From the NCBI GenBank assembly GCA_024679065.1, contig JAGIQG010000008.1:44578001-44642000 (forward strand): 64,000 bases of DNA. Direction: 5' to 3'. Shown here piece after piece: positions 12,661-26,192 of the stretch (positions are counted from its first letter, which is position 1; each line of letters opens with the position of its first letter). This DNA comes from Sphyrna mokarran (taxonomy: Eukaryota). Under the pieces are notes generated by a model. That model saw nothing but the letters and a program-made list of their open reading frames with translations. It had not been told where the DNA came from and ran no database searches. The translations under genes and the position numbers were made by a program.

Positions 12661-14217
12661 ATTATCTGCACTCAAGATTGATTTTTTGATAGTACTAGTG
12701 TAAGAAAAAGGATTATATCAAGCACAGCACCAGGATAATTTTTGAATGATCTGAATATGACATAATGAATGAAACCCAGAACTGTTTGGGAGACAATGGG
12801 GGTGAATTGAGAAAGAATATTTTATGATTGCACTGGTTGACTTGAGTCTTTAGCTTGAGCAGGTGAAGGCCCGCTCTGTCAGACATGTTGTTCAGGTAAT
12901 TTTTTATTCATTCATGGGATGTAGGCATTGCTGGTTGGACCAGCATTTCAGAGACCATTTAATAGTCAACATTGCTGTGGATCTGGAATCACATGTAGGT
13001 CAGGTCAGGTTAAGGTGGCAGATTTCCTTCACTAAAGGGCATTATTAAACCACAATAATCAATTAATAGCTGTACTTGCAGAATTACATGTTGTTGTCAT
13101 CAAATAAAACCTGGTTTTGGATTAGCCTCACATTATTTCACCCCATTCTTGTTTTCCAAGAACCAAATCACCAGAAAGGCCAGGAAGCACATTATTCATT
13201 TTATTCCACTGGCTTGAGGGTAGACTATTGGCAGTAATAATGGTGACAGTACTCTGATATTTCAACTTTAAATCATTAATGTATTAGCTACCTAAACAGC
13301 AATTACAAATAGTTCAATATGTACAATTCCTAATCCTGCTCATTGTTTTTCAACCTGTTTAACAATAGGAAAACACAGATCTAAAGGGAACAATATAATT
13401 TGCCACAAAGTTCAGCAATACAAAGCTCTATTTTAACACTGTGATATAAAGGCATTTGGATTTTCAAAGATAGCAATTGAACTAATTCAAAATGGTTAAA
13501 CCCATCATAAATATTAGATGGTTACATATGTTAAATTGTTTGCTTCTTAAAAATTGATGGCAACTCAGCAATAAAATATTTGCTTTATTGTGATGGTTAC
13601 TTTGAGGAAAAATCAGTTGAAGCTCAGCCTGTTTAACATGAAGATACACTAACATCATAGCAGCAAAGGAGATGTGTGGTTAGGGTTTGTGTTTTTTAGC
13701 CTAGTTTTGCTTAATGATTGCACATGGATACAGTCATAATTCTGCACATCACAAGTAACAAAACAACATGCAAGAGAAATCCAACAGCAGAAACATGTTG
13801 CTGTGAAGGAAGCATATAGCCTGAGTTAGCCATTTCAAGAGTGATGAAAAGACTCAAATCAAACTCAGAAACCATGAGATGAGTGCCATTCTTTCTCTGA
13901 ATCGACTAACTTGCTCCTCAGGAGAATTTATCTTTTCAATGTGCCACATGAGCATATCACCGGCATTGTGGACTAGATTATACGTAGAACCCAGGCAATT
14001 TTAATTTTCTTCAAATTTTAAGGAAACCAAAAGAAATTAAATCACACGGGTTGCACGGTTTTACACTCAAGCAGAAAACTGACAATCTAGTCCAAGATAT
14101 TGAGATACTATTTCTGAAAGAGAAACTGTTTGAAGTATTAGCAAGATTTAGATTACAAATCACTAGTATTCTTGTCAATGCTCATACTGGTTTCATTTGA
14201 GGCTATAATAAACCCAC

Positions 14218-14321
14218 CTCTGAATGATGTTCCTCATTTTGCTGAAGTACCTCAATGCACAGTTCTGCCAGTCGAATCACATCTTCCAATCGTTTGGCAG
14301 GAGGTTTTTGACTGAAGGTCT
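14218..14321 (-). CDS. CADPS2: CADPS2 internal coding exon (104 nt)
   Basis: ttttgttgacaatag|AG ACC...TCA GAG|gtgggt. Translates (E)[34 protein letters not shown]. Phase 1 to 0. Confidence 0.95.
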
Positions 14322-14789
14322 CTATTGTCAACAAAATGAAAAGAACTTAAATATCAACGTTCATAAATATCAAGTGTAAAGTGTTATATGTAAGAACGAA
14401 CAAAACTTAAACAAAATACTGCAAAAGCAACAGCAACTTACTAACTTATCTGAATTTGCCTGAACACATAAAGACTATTACTAACGTAACGTCGCTTGCT
14501 TATTTGGATATGCTAGAGAATTGAACAGCATTCCTACTTAACCTTCAAGACTGAAAATGCACACTGTAGCAATTCACCAAGTTTCTTTCAATAGTAACTT
14601 CCAAAACCTGCCTGGAAGGACAAGGGCAGTAGGTGCATGGGTACACTATAACCTACAAGTTCCCTTCCAAGGCACATACCATTCTTGCCTGGAACTATAT
14701 CACTAATCCTTAACTAAAGTTGAGCCATAAATCTGGAACTCTTTTTAACAGCACTCTAGGTGGACCTACACCAGTTGAACTGCAACAAA

Positions 14790-15150
14790 AAATTGTGATG
14801 AGGGTGGACAGAGTAGATAGGGAGAAACTGTTACCACTCGTAAAAAGATCAAGGATAAATGGGCACAGTTTTACAGTGATTTGTGAAAGAAGCAAACTTG
14901 ATGTCTGCAAAAATGTTTTTTACACAGCGAATTGTGTGTGTTTGGAATGCACTGCCTGGAAGTGTGGTGGGGGCAGATTCAATCAGGGCATTTAAGAGGG
15001 CATTAGATAATTATTTAAATAGAAATAATGTGCAAGGGTACAGAGAAAGGGCAGAAGAATGGCACTAAGCTATGATGTTCATTTGGTGAACCAGTACAGA
15101 CATGATGGGCCAAATGGCCACCTTCTGTGCCATAACAATTCTGATTCTGA
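14790..15150 (+). mobile_element. CR1 LINE 3' end
   Basis: DRVDREKLLPL...FFTQRIVCVWNALP...FKRALD and a terminal gggccaaatggccaccttctgtgc motif. Confidence 0.85.
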
Positions 15151-17429
15151 AAGCAGTATGTCAAAAACGTCCCAATCAATGGGCAACAAATGCTGGCCTT
15201 GAAAGTGACGTTCACCAACCGTGAAAGAATAAAACAAAAATTGGATGTGGAACTCAGAATGTGCATCGCCTTAAATTATTCCAATGCACTTTGGGGGGGA
15301 TAATATTTTAAAATTAACAGAAAGACACTTGGCCACCATTTCATATTTTAAAGGGCAGGAAGCAGCAAACACAATGGCCTGGGAATTCCTGAATGTGCAT
15401 AATTCATAGGGAAGCAGCATAATGGGAGTGCTCACATTGTCCGCATTCCAATTGACCCTTGATTTTTGAGATTGGGTGTATTGCTTATTTTATGTGAGCT
15501 GCCTAGGCAACATTCTGATTTGCTCACAGTCAGTTAAAATGGTGCCAGAGTTAATTGAACTGAATTATTATTACTGCAGCAGGAGATAAGAATGTTTTCC
15601 CTTTACAATGGATGTTTCTCACTCAATCTAATGGTCAGGTTCACTGGAGCCTATATCTGAAGAGAAATTGAGAGAAGGCTGCTTTCTTTGCACTGAAGGG
15701 CCAGAATGAATTGGGTTTGCAAGTCTAGCAGCAGCAGGTTAGTAACATACCAATACATAAAGGCCCTCGTGATGGAAGATGCTTGCAGAAAGACGTTGAG
15801 GCGACATGGTAAATTTCTTTCTGTACTAAATAGCTTCCCTGCACCAATTTTCACAAAGTAAAGCATTTTCTTATAACCTATTGTTCTTTTACTGTTGTTT
15901 TATCCAAAGAACTCTGATCTTAGGCCTGCAAGAGCAGTCTGCCAGTTAAGCCAAAAACTCATAGAATCCAGTGTCAATCTCTAAGACTGTCACAGGTATA
16001 AAACCATAAGTAAATCCACTCTATGGGTCTGGATGTGGATAGTAATCTTTAAAAATCAGTGCACATGGATCAGAAGACAAGAGAAGCAACAAGTGGTAGG
16101 GGAGAATCAAAAACTAGGTAAGTGCCTTGAGATCCGTTCCACATAGGACCCAGAGATAAGAGGAGACTGTATTTTGAGGAGGTTTAACTACTGTAGTCAG
16201 TTATGTCTGTCCCAGGAGTGTGAGAGAGTCTACTAATGACATCTGTCTCCTATGTTACTGAAGCTTCTTTGCACACAGGAGTGCTTAATGTGTGCAGCAG
16301 AGCTACCACCACTACCAAATTGGCTGATACTCTCGATCCCCTTCTCCAGTGTGGGATGTAACAAAATATTTAAGTGTTGTGGTCCTCTTGATTGCCACTG
16401 GGAACGTTGCTCCTAAAGTGCAGGTTGGCTGCAAGTCTCCACAAGGCAGACTGCAAGGCTGTAAACCTGTGTCTTGGGTAAACGATTGTCTATGAAGGCA
16501 GTTAGGCTCTGTTGTTGTCAGTTCTGCTGGTGCCTATAGATAAAGTTGGTTTTACATTGTAAAGTGCAATCATCGGTTCCGCCCCAGCGTCCATTCTTCA
16601 ATCCTCTAATCTTTTTGGATTAAATTTTACACCTCACATGTATGCAGACTTACACCAGTTGAACCACAGCAAGAAATTGTGATGAGGGTGGATAGAGTAG
16701 ATAGGGAGAAACTATTCCCACTCGTAAAAGGATCGAGGTTTGTGGTAACAAAATGAAATGAATCACGTCACTTGCAAAGTCCTGCTTAAGACACACTGAT
16801 TGTCTGCTTTTGATGGTTATTTGGAATCGGCAAGTTGAGTGCATTGCACTTGTGGTGGAGGAAACCAGAAAGGTCACAGACTTCTTCATTGTGCAGCAGT
16901 CAGAATGGGATTTGAGCAGTGAATGCAGCCTTGTATTTATGTGGAAGAGCATGCCAGGAATTTAAACTTTTAGGACTAGTGTGTTAAAGGTATGTAATTT
17001 CTATCACTTAAACACACACTTCCCATTGACCAAAGCACTTTTTATTCTCAGGGATTTCCAGGAAATATTATAAATGTTCATACCAAAAGCTTGGTTCTAT
17101 TTCAAGACTTCCCCATAAATGAATTGCTTGAAGTTGTACTCTGCTGCTTTGTGGCCATACCATCATACAAACAGAAATCTGTTAGATTTGGTTAACAGTG
17201 GCAGGTTACAGATAGTGCATGACCCCATGTACAATGGAACATGAAAAGCTATACCTAAATTCAGAGATCTCCACCCCACCATCATTACTCTTCATTTCTC
17301 ATTTACATCCTCTACCAGCTTTATTTCATCCGGGCCCCACGACATGTGGCCACCATCAACTGAAAGTAAAAGATGTTCTGGGTTTCAAATGGATTTGCTT
17401 CTGAGAGATTCTTCCATCCTTTATCCACC

Positions 17430-18300
17430 TTTGTCATCTGTGATGAAGATATTGTTGAACTTCGAATGGCTATAGACATGTTAGTGAATTGGGTGGTTGA
17501 CAGGCAGATGAAGTTCAATGTAGAGAAGTGTGAGATGGTTCACTTTGGCTGGAAGAATATGGAGAGTCATATAAAATAATGGGAGAAATTTTACTGGAGG
17601 TTCAAAAACAGAAGGACTTCAGTGTAATTATACATTATGCCACTGAAGATGGCAGGGCATGTTGAGAGATTAATTAATAAAGTATTATAATATCTTTAGG
17701 CTTAGGCTTTATTAATAGGGCATAGAGTACAAAAGGAAGGAGGTCATGATGAATTTACACAAGACACTTGTTAGGCCTCACCTGAAGTATGCATCCAGTT
17801 CTAGATGCCATACATGAGGAAGGATGTGAGGGCATTGGAAAGAATACAGAGGAAAATGATTCCAGGGATAAAGCATTGTGGCAATGAGGACAGACAGATT
17901 TCCATGGAAAAAGATGACTGAGAAAAGACTTGGAGATATTCAAGATCCTGAGGGGTACTTCTAGGATGAATAGTGAGAAACTGGTCCTACTCAAGAAAGC
18001 ATCAAGAACCAAAGGGCACAGATTCGAAATAATTGTCAAAAGGAGAAAAAGTGATCTGAGGAAATGTTTTTTTTTCCCACTCAGAGGATGGTTTGAGTCA
18101 GAAGCAAGCTTCCTGTGAGGGTGGTGGAGGCAAATTAGGTCAAGATATTCAAAAAGGAATTATACTGCTATCTGAAAACAGAGAATGTGCAAGGTTACAG
18201 AAATATGGCAGAAGAATGGGATTAGTCCAAATGATCTCTTGCAGACAGCCATTTCAGATCTAATGGGCTGAATGGCCTCTTTCTGAACTGTTAAGATTTT
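17430..18300 (+). mobile_element. CR1 LINE 3' fragment
   Basis: W..RQMKFNVEKCEMVHFG, YKTLVRPHL, RTKGHRF and the 3' terminal gggctgaatggcct motif. Confidence 0.88.
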
Positions 18301-18729
18301 GTGTTTAATTGCCTGAGACAAGACATTCTGCTGGTGCTCTATTTAATTCCTTCAATCAGATTTGGAAAATCTTATCAAAATCAAATCTAACAATGCAGTG
18401 TGTTGGTTCCTGTTCAGGTGGCAGTCACCTACTCTTCTGTCACTGCAACTGTTTGACTGGCCAGTGGAAGGCACGCATGTATTGGAGAGGAGAGAAAGAT
18501 TAAAAAAAAAGTTTCCTCAACTGACAAAGGTCATTTCAAATTCAGGAATCTGGCTTTTAGGCAGTGGAAAGGACTTGTGATGGTAACTGAATGGCTTAAC
18601 TTGTGCACTACTGAGAAACATCACCTACCATCAGCATTGCTCATAGCCTGAAATGAAGCAGCAGCAGCAACAGACTATTCAGCACCTCACATCTTTCAAT
18701 TAGATCACAGAACTCCTGGATCACAACAT

Positions 18730-19975
18730 CATTTACTTGCACTGGCTTCAAATCCTTTCATGCACCTTTGCCTAACAAAAATCTATCAATCTCAATCTTG
18801 AAAGCTATAGTGGTCCCAGCATCCCCCCACCTTTTAGAGGAAAAAGTGCTTCCCAATTTCCCTTCTTAATAACCTAATTCTAATCTTAAGATTATATTGC
18901 CCTTACTTTTAATTCCTATGCCGGATAAACAGTTTTTCCTGTGTCTACCCTATCAAGTTCTTTCAACAACACCTAGATCAGATCTGTCTTTCAAATACAA
19001 GGGAAATTAATTTCCAAAGGAACTGCTTGTAAAGTTGAATCATCATTAATAAAGCGTGCTCGGCATTAATGTTTCTGACAGGTTTAAATCCATAAGATAG
19101 GTTAAACAAATATTGTCTCATTAAAATATCTAGCTTCAGTTATATAATGATCATTAACCTTCTGACAGTGTAAGAAATCTGTCTCCCATTTATGCTTCTG
19201 AAGACTATAATAGAATTTGTGCAAAAATCTCACATAACTGTAATTCTCCAGTTTATGATATTTCAAGAATATTTCTTAACCCTTTGAGAACATAAGAAAT
19301 AGAAGCTGGAGACTGTACGATACCCTGAAATATACCTTGTGCTGGGAGGACCCAATATCCTCTGGGTGAGACACTTTCAAAGATTCTGATCCTTTGAGTG
19401 AAGAAATTGCTTTCTTATTTCATCACTAATAATTGACCTCTTATCCTGAACCTCCATGTTCCAAATTCCCCAGCCAACAGAAACAAGTTCTCTACCCTGT
19501 CAAACCCTTTCAGAAACTTTAAATGTTTCAATAAGACCACTTCTCATTCTTCTGAACTCCAGAAAATGTAAGCCTAATTTGCTCTGCATCTCATCATAGT
19601 ATATAGAACTCTCTCATTTCAGCAGCCAACTTAGAACAAAGAACATAGAACATTACAGCACAGAACAGGCCCTTCGGCCTTCGATGTTGTGCCGACCAAA
19701 ATAAAAAGCAATGCCCCTCCAAACTAAACCATTCCCTTCTCTTCCATATACTTATCAATTAACCTCTTAAACGCCACCAAACTTGGCGCATCTACAACAG
19801 CTGCAGGCAGGGCATTCCACTCCCTAATCACTCTTTGAGTAAAGAACCTACCTCTGATATCCGTCCTATAACTCATACCCCTTAATTTAAAGCTGTGTCC
19901 CCGCGTGCTAGCTTTCTCCATCCTAGGAAAAAGGCTATCACTGTCCACCCTATCTAAACCTCTAATCTTAATGAA
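18730..19975 (-). mobile_element. Cluster of CR1 3' fragments, including a young copy at 19635-19975
   Basis: ORF 19724-19996 has RGLDRVDSDSLFP..TRGHSFKL..FFTQRVIREWNALP and a (TTCTATG)-type tail at about 19635-19655. Confidence 0.85.
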
Positions 19976-22900
19976 CCTCTGCTTTCCTGTATCCAATGCA
20001 AGTCCTTTCTTAGATATGAAGATGAAAACAGTGCATAGTAGTTTGGGTGTGCTCTCACCAAAACCCTATAATTCAAAGATTATGGAATGTAAACTGATTT
20101 GTCTCTGCTTGTGATATCCCCGCTCATTTTTAATTCCATCAACAGATGCTTATTTACCAAGCTTTTGCCAATGATACTGTCTAACTGGGTACCTAGAGAC
20201 ACTCAAATGTCCACGTCACTTACTTGAGTTTCCTCCTCCCTTAGTAAGGGACTCTAAGCTTGGAACCGGTGATGACCGTTCAGTTATTCGAAGATTGCAA
20301 TTTCTAACTACTAATTCATTAATTAATTTTCATTTCAGTGCCCAATCCAACATTCTTTCCAGTAAATGGATATCAAAAGATGGTCACTATAATCTTCAGA
20401 GATATAGTAAGATAAATTCAAACTAAAAATTACAGATTACCACACAATAGGATTAACATACACTGGCATGCATTAGATAACACAGACATCCCAAGCACAT
20501 CCACCCAGCCCACAGTCTATCTCTTGTGATGCTTCTATTTAACAATTCAAGTACAAGCATTCTACCAATGTAATAAAGGTCAAGTGACAAGGCTGAATGA
20601 ACTTAAACTGTCAGAACAAGTGTTTCTTTTCCATATTAAGAAATGACTTTCAAACTACAAACCGTAATGTTCCTTTGGAAGCACTGTAAGAACTCGATTT
20701 TAGCTGAGTGCCCAAGAGCCATCCAAAAATTAACTGACCTGTGGTTAACAGGCATTATTGGAGAAAATGTTAGTACTACATTTCAGAACTAATGTAGCAC
20801 TTAATTTGATGACGTGTAGATTTTTTTAAAGCTATGGTTGCTTGATATAGATAAATAGTATCTTAAAAATGACTATAGAACAGTGCAAACAATCTATTAA
20901 ATCTGGCCTATTTGCTTTCAGTTTTGACATGATGTGCATTTTGCAACATTTTCTGTTTTATCTTAAATTTCTACTGACGATTAGGATCTATTATTTGTGC
21001 CTATTCCTCATCTCTTCATTGTTGTTATAAATCTTCTGTGTTTCTGTATGCATCTTCTATGTTTTTGTAGGCTATTGCGTTGGATGATCAGCCACGATCG
21101 TACTGAATCGCGGAACAGGTTCGAAGGGCCAAATGGCCTCCTGCTTCTATCTCCAATGTTTCTATGTTAAAGTTGTGAGCCATAATGTGCTTCTTGCAGA
21201 TTCCCACTAATTATTTATCTTTGTTTGGCAAAGAATGTGATGCGTTGTTCATGATTATGTAGATAATGCCATGTTCTGAAAAGGTTAAATAGGGGAGTGC
21301 AGCTTTGCAGAGCTAGATTGGGCATGAGTATCAAAATTGGAACATATAGTATTAGAATCTTTGTTGCAGTCTCATCCTCTTGCCTCATGAGGCCCCATGA
21401 AGGCAGCCTTGTCTCATCTTGCAAAATTAAGTCTTAAAGCAAAGAAAATTCATTCTGATGATTGAAGACCTGCCTGTGCAATGATTTGGAATGACAATTG
21501 GCTTTGTTCATTCTAACTGCTCTTTTTCATGGCAATCTTTATGGACAGTATTTTGCTTATTGGCAAAAAGGTAGTAAAGTATTTCACATTCACCTCTATT
21601 TTTCATTAAAATGACCGAGGACATGTCTTTAGCCTCTTCTTAATGGTTTCAGTGCTGATTAATCTAATATTACTCATGCCTTGAGATGTTTGGTCATGAA
21701 TCATTTCCCTACATAAGTGCAAGTGTTGCTTCTTTTTATATCTTATTGTAAATACTCCCTATTGCTCTTTATACCAGCATTTTCAGTTCTCAAACTTTTC
21801 GTATAGCTATTTCAAGGCAATGAGAGCAGTCTACAGAAAGAGTGCATCAATCCCATCACTAAAATGTCACAAAGAAACCATTAGTGTGAGCTATAAAATA
21901 AGTATTGACCTCGGTTCTAAATTGTGATATAAGTAATGCTATGTTCCCAAAGACACATTCTAGTGAGGGTGTTACATACCTGATACTAATCACTGTTTCA
22001 GCATTATTAGCTACAGGTTTAAAATACAATTATCTCCGTGCATTGCCAGCTTGTTAATGCTAATCTTTTTAAAAAAATGCTTAGTCCCAAAAAATATCAC
22101 TTCATTGTAGACTGTGTTGGTGGAGTCCCCTTCGAGTTGATTCTTGTGCACCAGAGGGGGCAAAAAAGAGCTCATGTTAAAACAAATGGATTATAAGAGA
22201 TCTCCCTAGGGTTTTGTTATGATAAATAAAACTGAAGAAACAGCCTTGGCACCTGCCTTGCAGAAGAAAACTGGCTTTCTGCCAAAAAATGGGATATGAA
22301 GAAAGGCATCGGTTGCAGAATAAACGTATCTCTGACATGCAGAAGCCACACTAATCAACTGCACTACACACCAACTACATCACTAAAGTCTGCCAGACAC
22401 ATGAAAGAAGCAATTACAGTACTTGTGTTCTGTTTAGGAATGCCACTTTGCTTCAGATCGGATACACTCATCTGCTTTTTGGCTGGCAGACACTGCCATG
22501 GAGGCTGTTTAGACTTGGGTGACTGCACTGTGATATTCAGGCGCAGAAGATGGGTTTTTAATATATAGATATATAAAAGAACAAGGGAGAGAGAACAAAC
22601 AATAACCATGTAATAGAATAATGAAGAGGCTGATGCAAAGGCAAGCAATGAGGCATAAACACACAGTATCTTAAAAAGAATGCACTTCGCTGAGCTGCAC
22701 CAAGGCGATTGGCTCCAGGCATCCTCAGCAGTTCAATTAACAGCCCCCACAATATAATGGACTATTGGTAAAAGGGCACTTTGAACAACTATATTAATGG
22801 AAATCTAAGTCTCAACATAGCTGTTCAATTATTGTGAATACTTCAGATGCAAGCATGGACAAAATAATGAAAAAGCACTTAAATGTGCAAATGGATGACC

Positions 22901-24009
22901 CGCACAGAACAACAGGCGAGCTAGAGCACATTACAAGGCTGCAACACAATTCAAAGGGTGCAGCTGAAATGATAAACTGGAGACTGCGAGGCTCAAGTGG
23001 TTGATGCAAGTGATCAACCTTGGAATAAGTACAAAGGTAACATTACTTTTCAATATAACTCAATACAAGACTGTAACATGGTTCACGTGGTATAGCACTC
23101 CTGCTGTCTGGGCTCCGAGACACATTTGAGGCACCTGTCAATGGGTATTTCTCAACATATTTCATATTTACCTTGTGATAGAAACAGAATTACAAATGCT
23201 TTGAAGTGTGAATATATTTCACTCTAATTATTAGATTGTATGACATCCATGTAATATTGGCTGTGCCTTGTCTATTCTAAAATATTGATGTTGGGAAATT
23301 GCCCAAAAGGTGTCTGTGGATGATGGTGTTTGGACTTCATTACTGACCTTTGGACTTCGGAATAGTTTTAATTGCCATTTTTGTTTCTGGAGCCTTTTTA
23401 TATGTAGAAAATGGCATTATATAGAGAAAAATGCTATTTTCTGGGAGGAATTTCTGTTTGAAGTTCAATTATGGGCACTTTGTCCTGGAAAATGAAGTGT
23501 GGTACGAGAGATTTTACAGCCTTGGGCATCTCAAATTCCATGGCAGCATGGGGGAATAATGTTTTTCAGTTTGTAACATGCTATGCTCATGAACAAGATT
23601 TGGAAAAAAAAAATGAAATAATAAAGCAGAAGAATTCTAGAGTGCACTCAGCAGGATCAATTAGAGTCCATTATAGAGATTGTCTCAGCACAATGTGTTG
23701 GAGTTCCAATCAACCTCAGACATATATTTCATTTGCAGGATCTTCGACATGGTGAATTCTTTAATTCAGCAGGGAATTTTGGGGAGGAAGAAGGAAAGAG
23801 AATCACGGCCAGTCTCAAACACCACCTACAGGCCATTATCAACAGAAAAGAGCAAAGGCTGAGACCCTTTTGGGATAGTTCAACAACGCGGAGAAACCTA
23901 AAGAGAAATAAATACAGATCTTCCTTGGAGGGATAACAATGGTTAGAATTTTGCAAAAGAATCAAATAAAATACAAAACATAGCAGAAAGACACACACTT
24001 AAAGACAAA

Positions 24010-26192
24010 GGGCAGAATTCTCTCACTTCGAGATTAAGTGCATTGGCTAGATAGCTGTACCACTGACCAGAATAGTGGAATCACACACCAGATTCAGTGC
24101 TTGGAACCTCATCAATCAGGTGATTCCACTGTGGGCCAGCAGCTGATCCGTCTGCCCGTCCTCAGCTGGCAGGTTCAAAGGATCCTGGCACCAAATTTAA
24201 ATACCATTCCCGGACACTCGTATCAATTTCTCCAGCTCACCTATCTTCAGTCACTCTCAGTCCCCTCTACATGTGCCTGCACCAACTCCAGCACTGCAAG
24301 GTGCTGAGGCTGCTTCTGCCCCTGAGCAGGAGACCCTTATGAGGTCAGGCCCCTTCAGGCCAGCAAAAGATATCCACCAAGGTTATCACATGCTTGAGGA
24401 CATAGCAGTCAGCAGGCTAACTCGACCCTTGCAGCAAATGTTGGGGTTACACCAAGGCATAGTAGTAGGGTTAGGAAAGTTAAAATGTCTTGATGCTACC
24501 TCAGGCTCACAGATTCTGTAGCATTGTGAATAAATTGCATTGATTGAAAACTATTACATGGGTATGAGAATGCAATGGTCAGATGAAAGTATTTTGGATT
24601 TTTGCAATCCTTTCACTTTGAGATTAAAACTTTCTCGAGTGTCCCCTTTTATGATTAATATTCATGTGGTGTCAACCTCAGTGCCACTTGGTACTGTAAA
24701 CTCGTGTTGTCTCTCACACACACCCATAAACACACATACACACACACACATACACCTACGCACTGTGATGGATGAGAACTTGAGATTTACACCATTGAAC
24801 CAATGTGGCTATGAACTCCATTCACTGACCTGGCATAACTATGAGCTTTGCTTTGCTTATGGTGAATGAATGGAATCTGTTTGGCTACTGATGAATGGCA
24901 TTTGTTGTGAACTCTTGATAGTCCCTTCACTGATGGCATGGCAGAATTGATGCTATCAAGCATTTCCCCCATCCCCCCCCCCCCCCCCCCACACCCCCCA
25001 CACCCCGAGTATGTCATCAAGTCTCACATGGGCCATGGGAGGGTATCTCCTCCCCCACATTTGGAGGCTGTGTGCACTGTCATAAACAATAGCATGTCTG
25101 TCTTCCTTTCCATTTCACAGCAGGAATGTCTGCATTCTGTGACTCCTGTCTGCTAGCCACTAAACTTAAATGGGATTCTTGATCCTGTTTCCAAAGGGGA
25201 CAATAGACAACAGTGGCCTTCACATTTTACTGTGGCTGCGATCTGTTTCATGTTCGTGCGAACCATCCCTAATGTGGCACACAACAGGCTCCATCCCGTA
25301 ATTAGCAGCCTGCGTGCACGTCCTTCCAGTAATACACTTGCCACTCCTTAGACCCCCTTGTCTGTCTGTGTTATGCAGCCCTGTCAGGGTCCAGCTTCCC
25401 TCCCCTCAGTCTTTCCTCTATCTTCAACTTCTTCATTCACCTCATTATCCCTCTACCCCTCTGCCTATCTTTGTGAGTCTATTTCCTTACCCCATCCCAC
25501 TCCTTGCACAGTCTTCTTTCAACATCATCCCCCCCCTTTGACTGTGTCTGCCCACGCTCAACCTGCCCTCACCTTGCACCTCATAGAATCTGGTTTAACT
25601 TCTGACTTTTGTCGCATTTGCTGCATGAATTCCCCAGCACACTGTTGTCCAGATAGACAATGATATTTGGCACCAGCAGTAGGACAAGGAGACCTCTGTA
25701 CTCGCCAACCCCAGGTGCAGTATGGATCTGACTCGGTGACATGGTTGGGTCCATGGGTCCAGCAGCACAGTGCTGCTATCTCCCTCCATCTCTTGGCATG
25801 GAGATGGAGGGAGAAACTGGTCAGCCCCGGCAGAGTGATGAACACATTAGGACTTATGCAGCACGTTGGCAGACTGAATGTGCATGTCACTCTCACCTCA
25901 AAGTTTCTGCAGAACTGAGTGCTGTCTCGTTGTGCATGCCAGCTTTATCAATTAGGTTTGACATTGATGTGCATTCCTGCTGGCTTGACACAAGATTTTA
26001 AGGTTTGACTGAATTCTGTAGGCAGCTGTTTCAATGAGAATTTGTGAGATGTGAATGAATATTAATGGCGTTCACACCACCAGCCAGCAGGCCGAGTGGC
26101 TCGCCATTAGAGGAATAATTATTCAGGTGGGTTTTTGGCTCTGTGCCTTCCCACCACCAAACCCGCTGTGATGGGTTGGAAGAATTCCATCC
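24010..26192. mobile_element. Degenerate PIF/Harbinger-like DNA transposon
   Basis: Imperfect terminal inverted repeats gggcagaattct...agaattccatcc, GC-richer interior, and a minus-strand Myb/SANT-like remnant (AKRWREIAALC, ORF 25558-25896). Confidence 0.55.
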
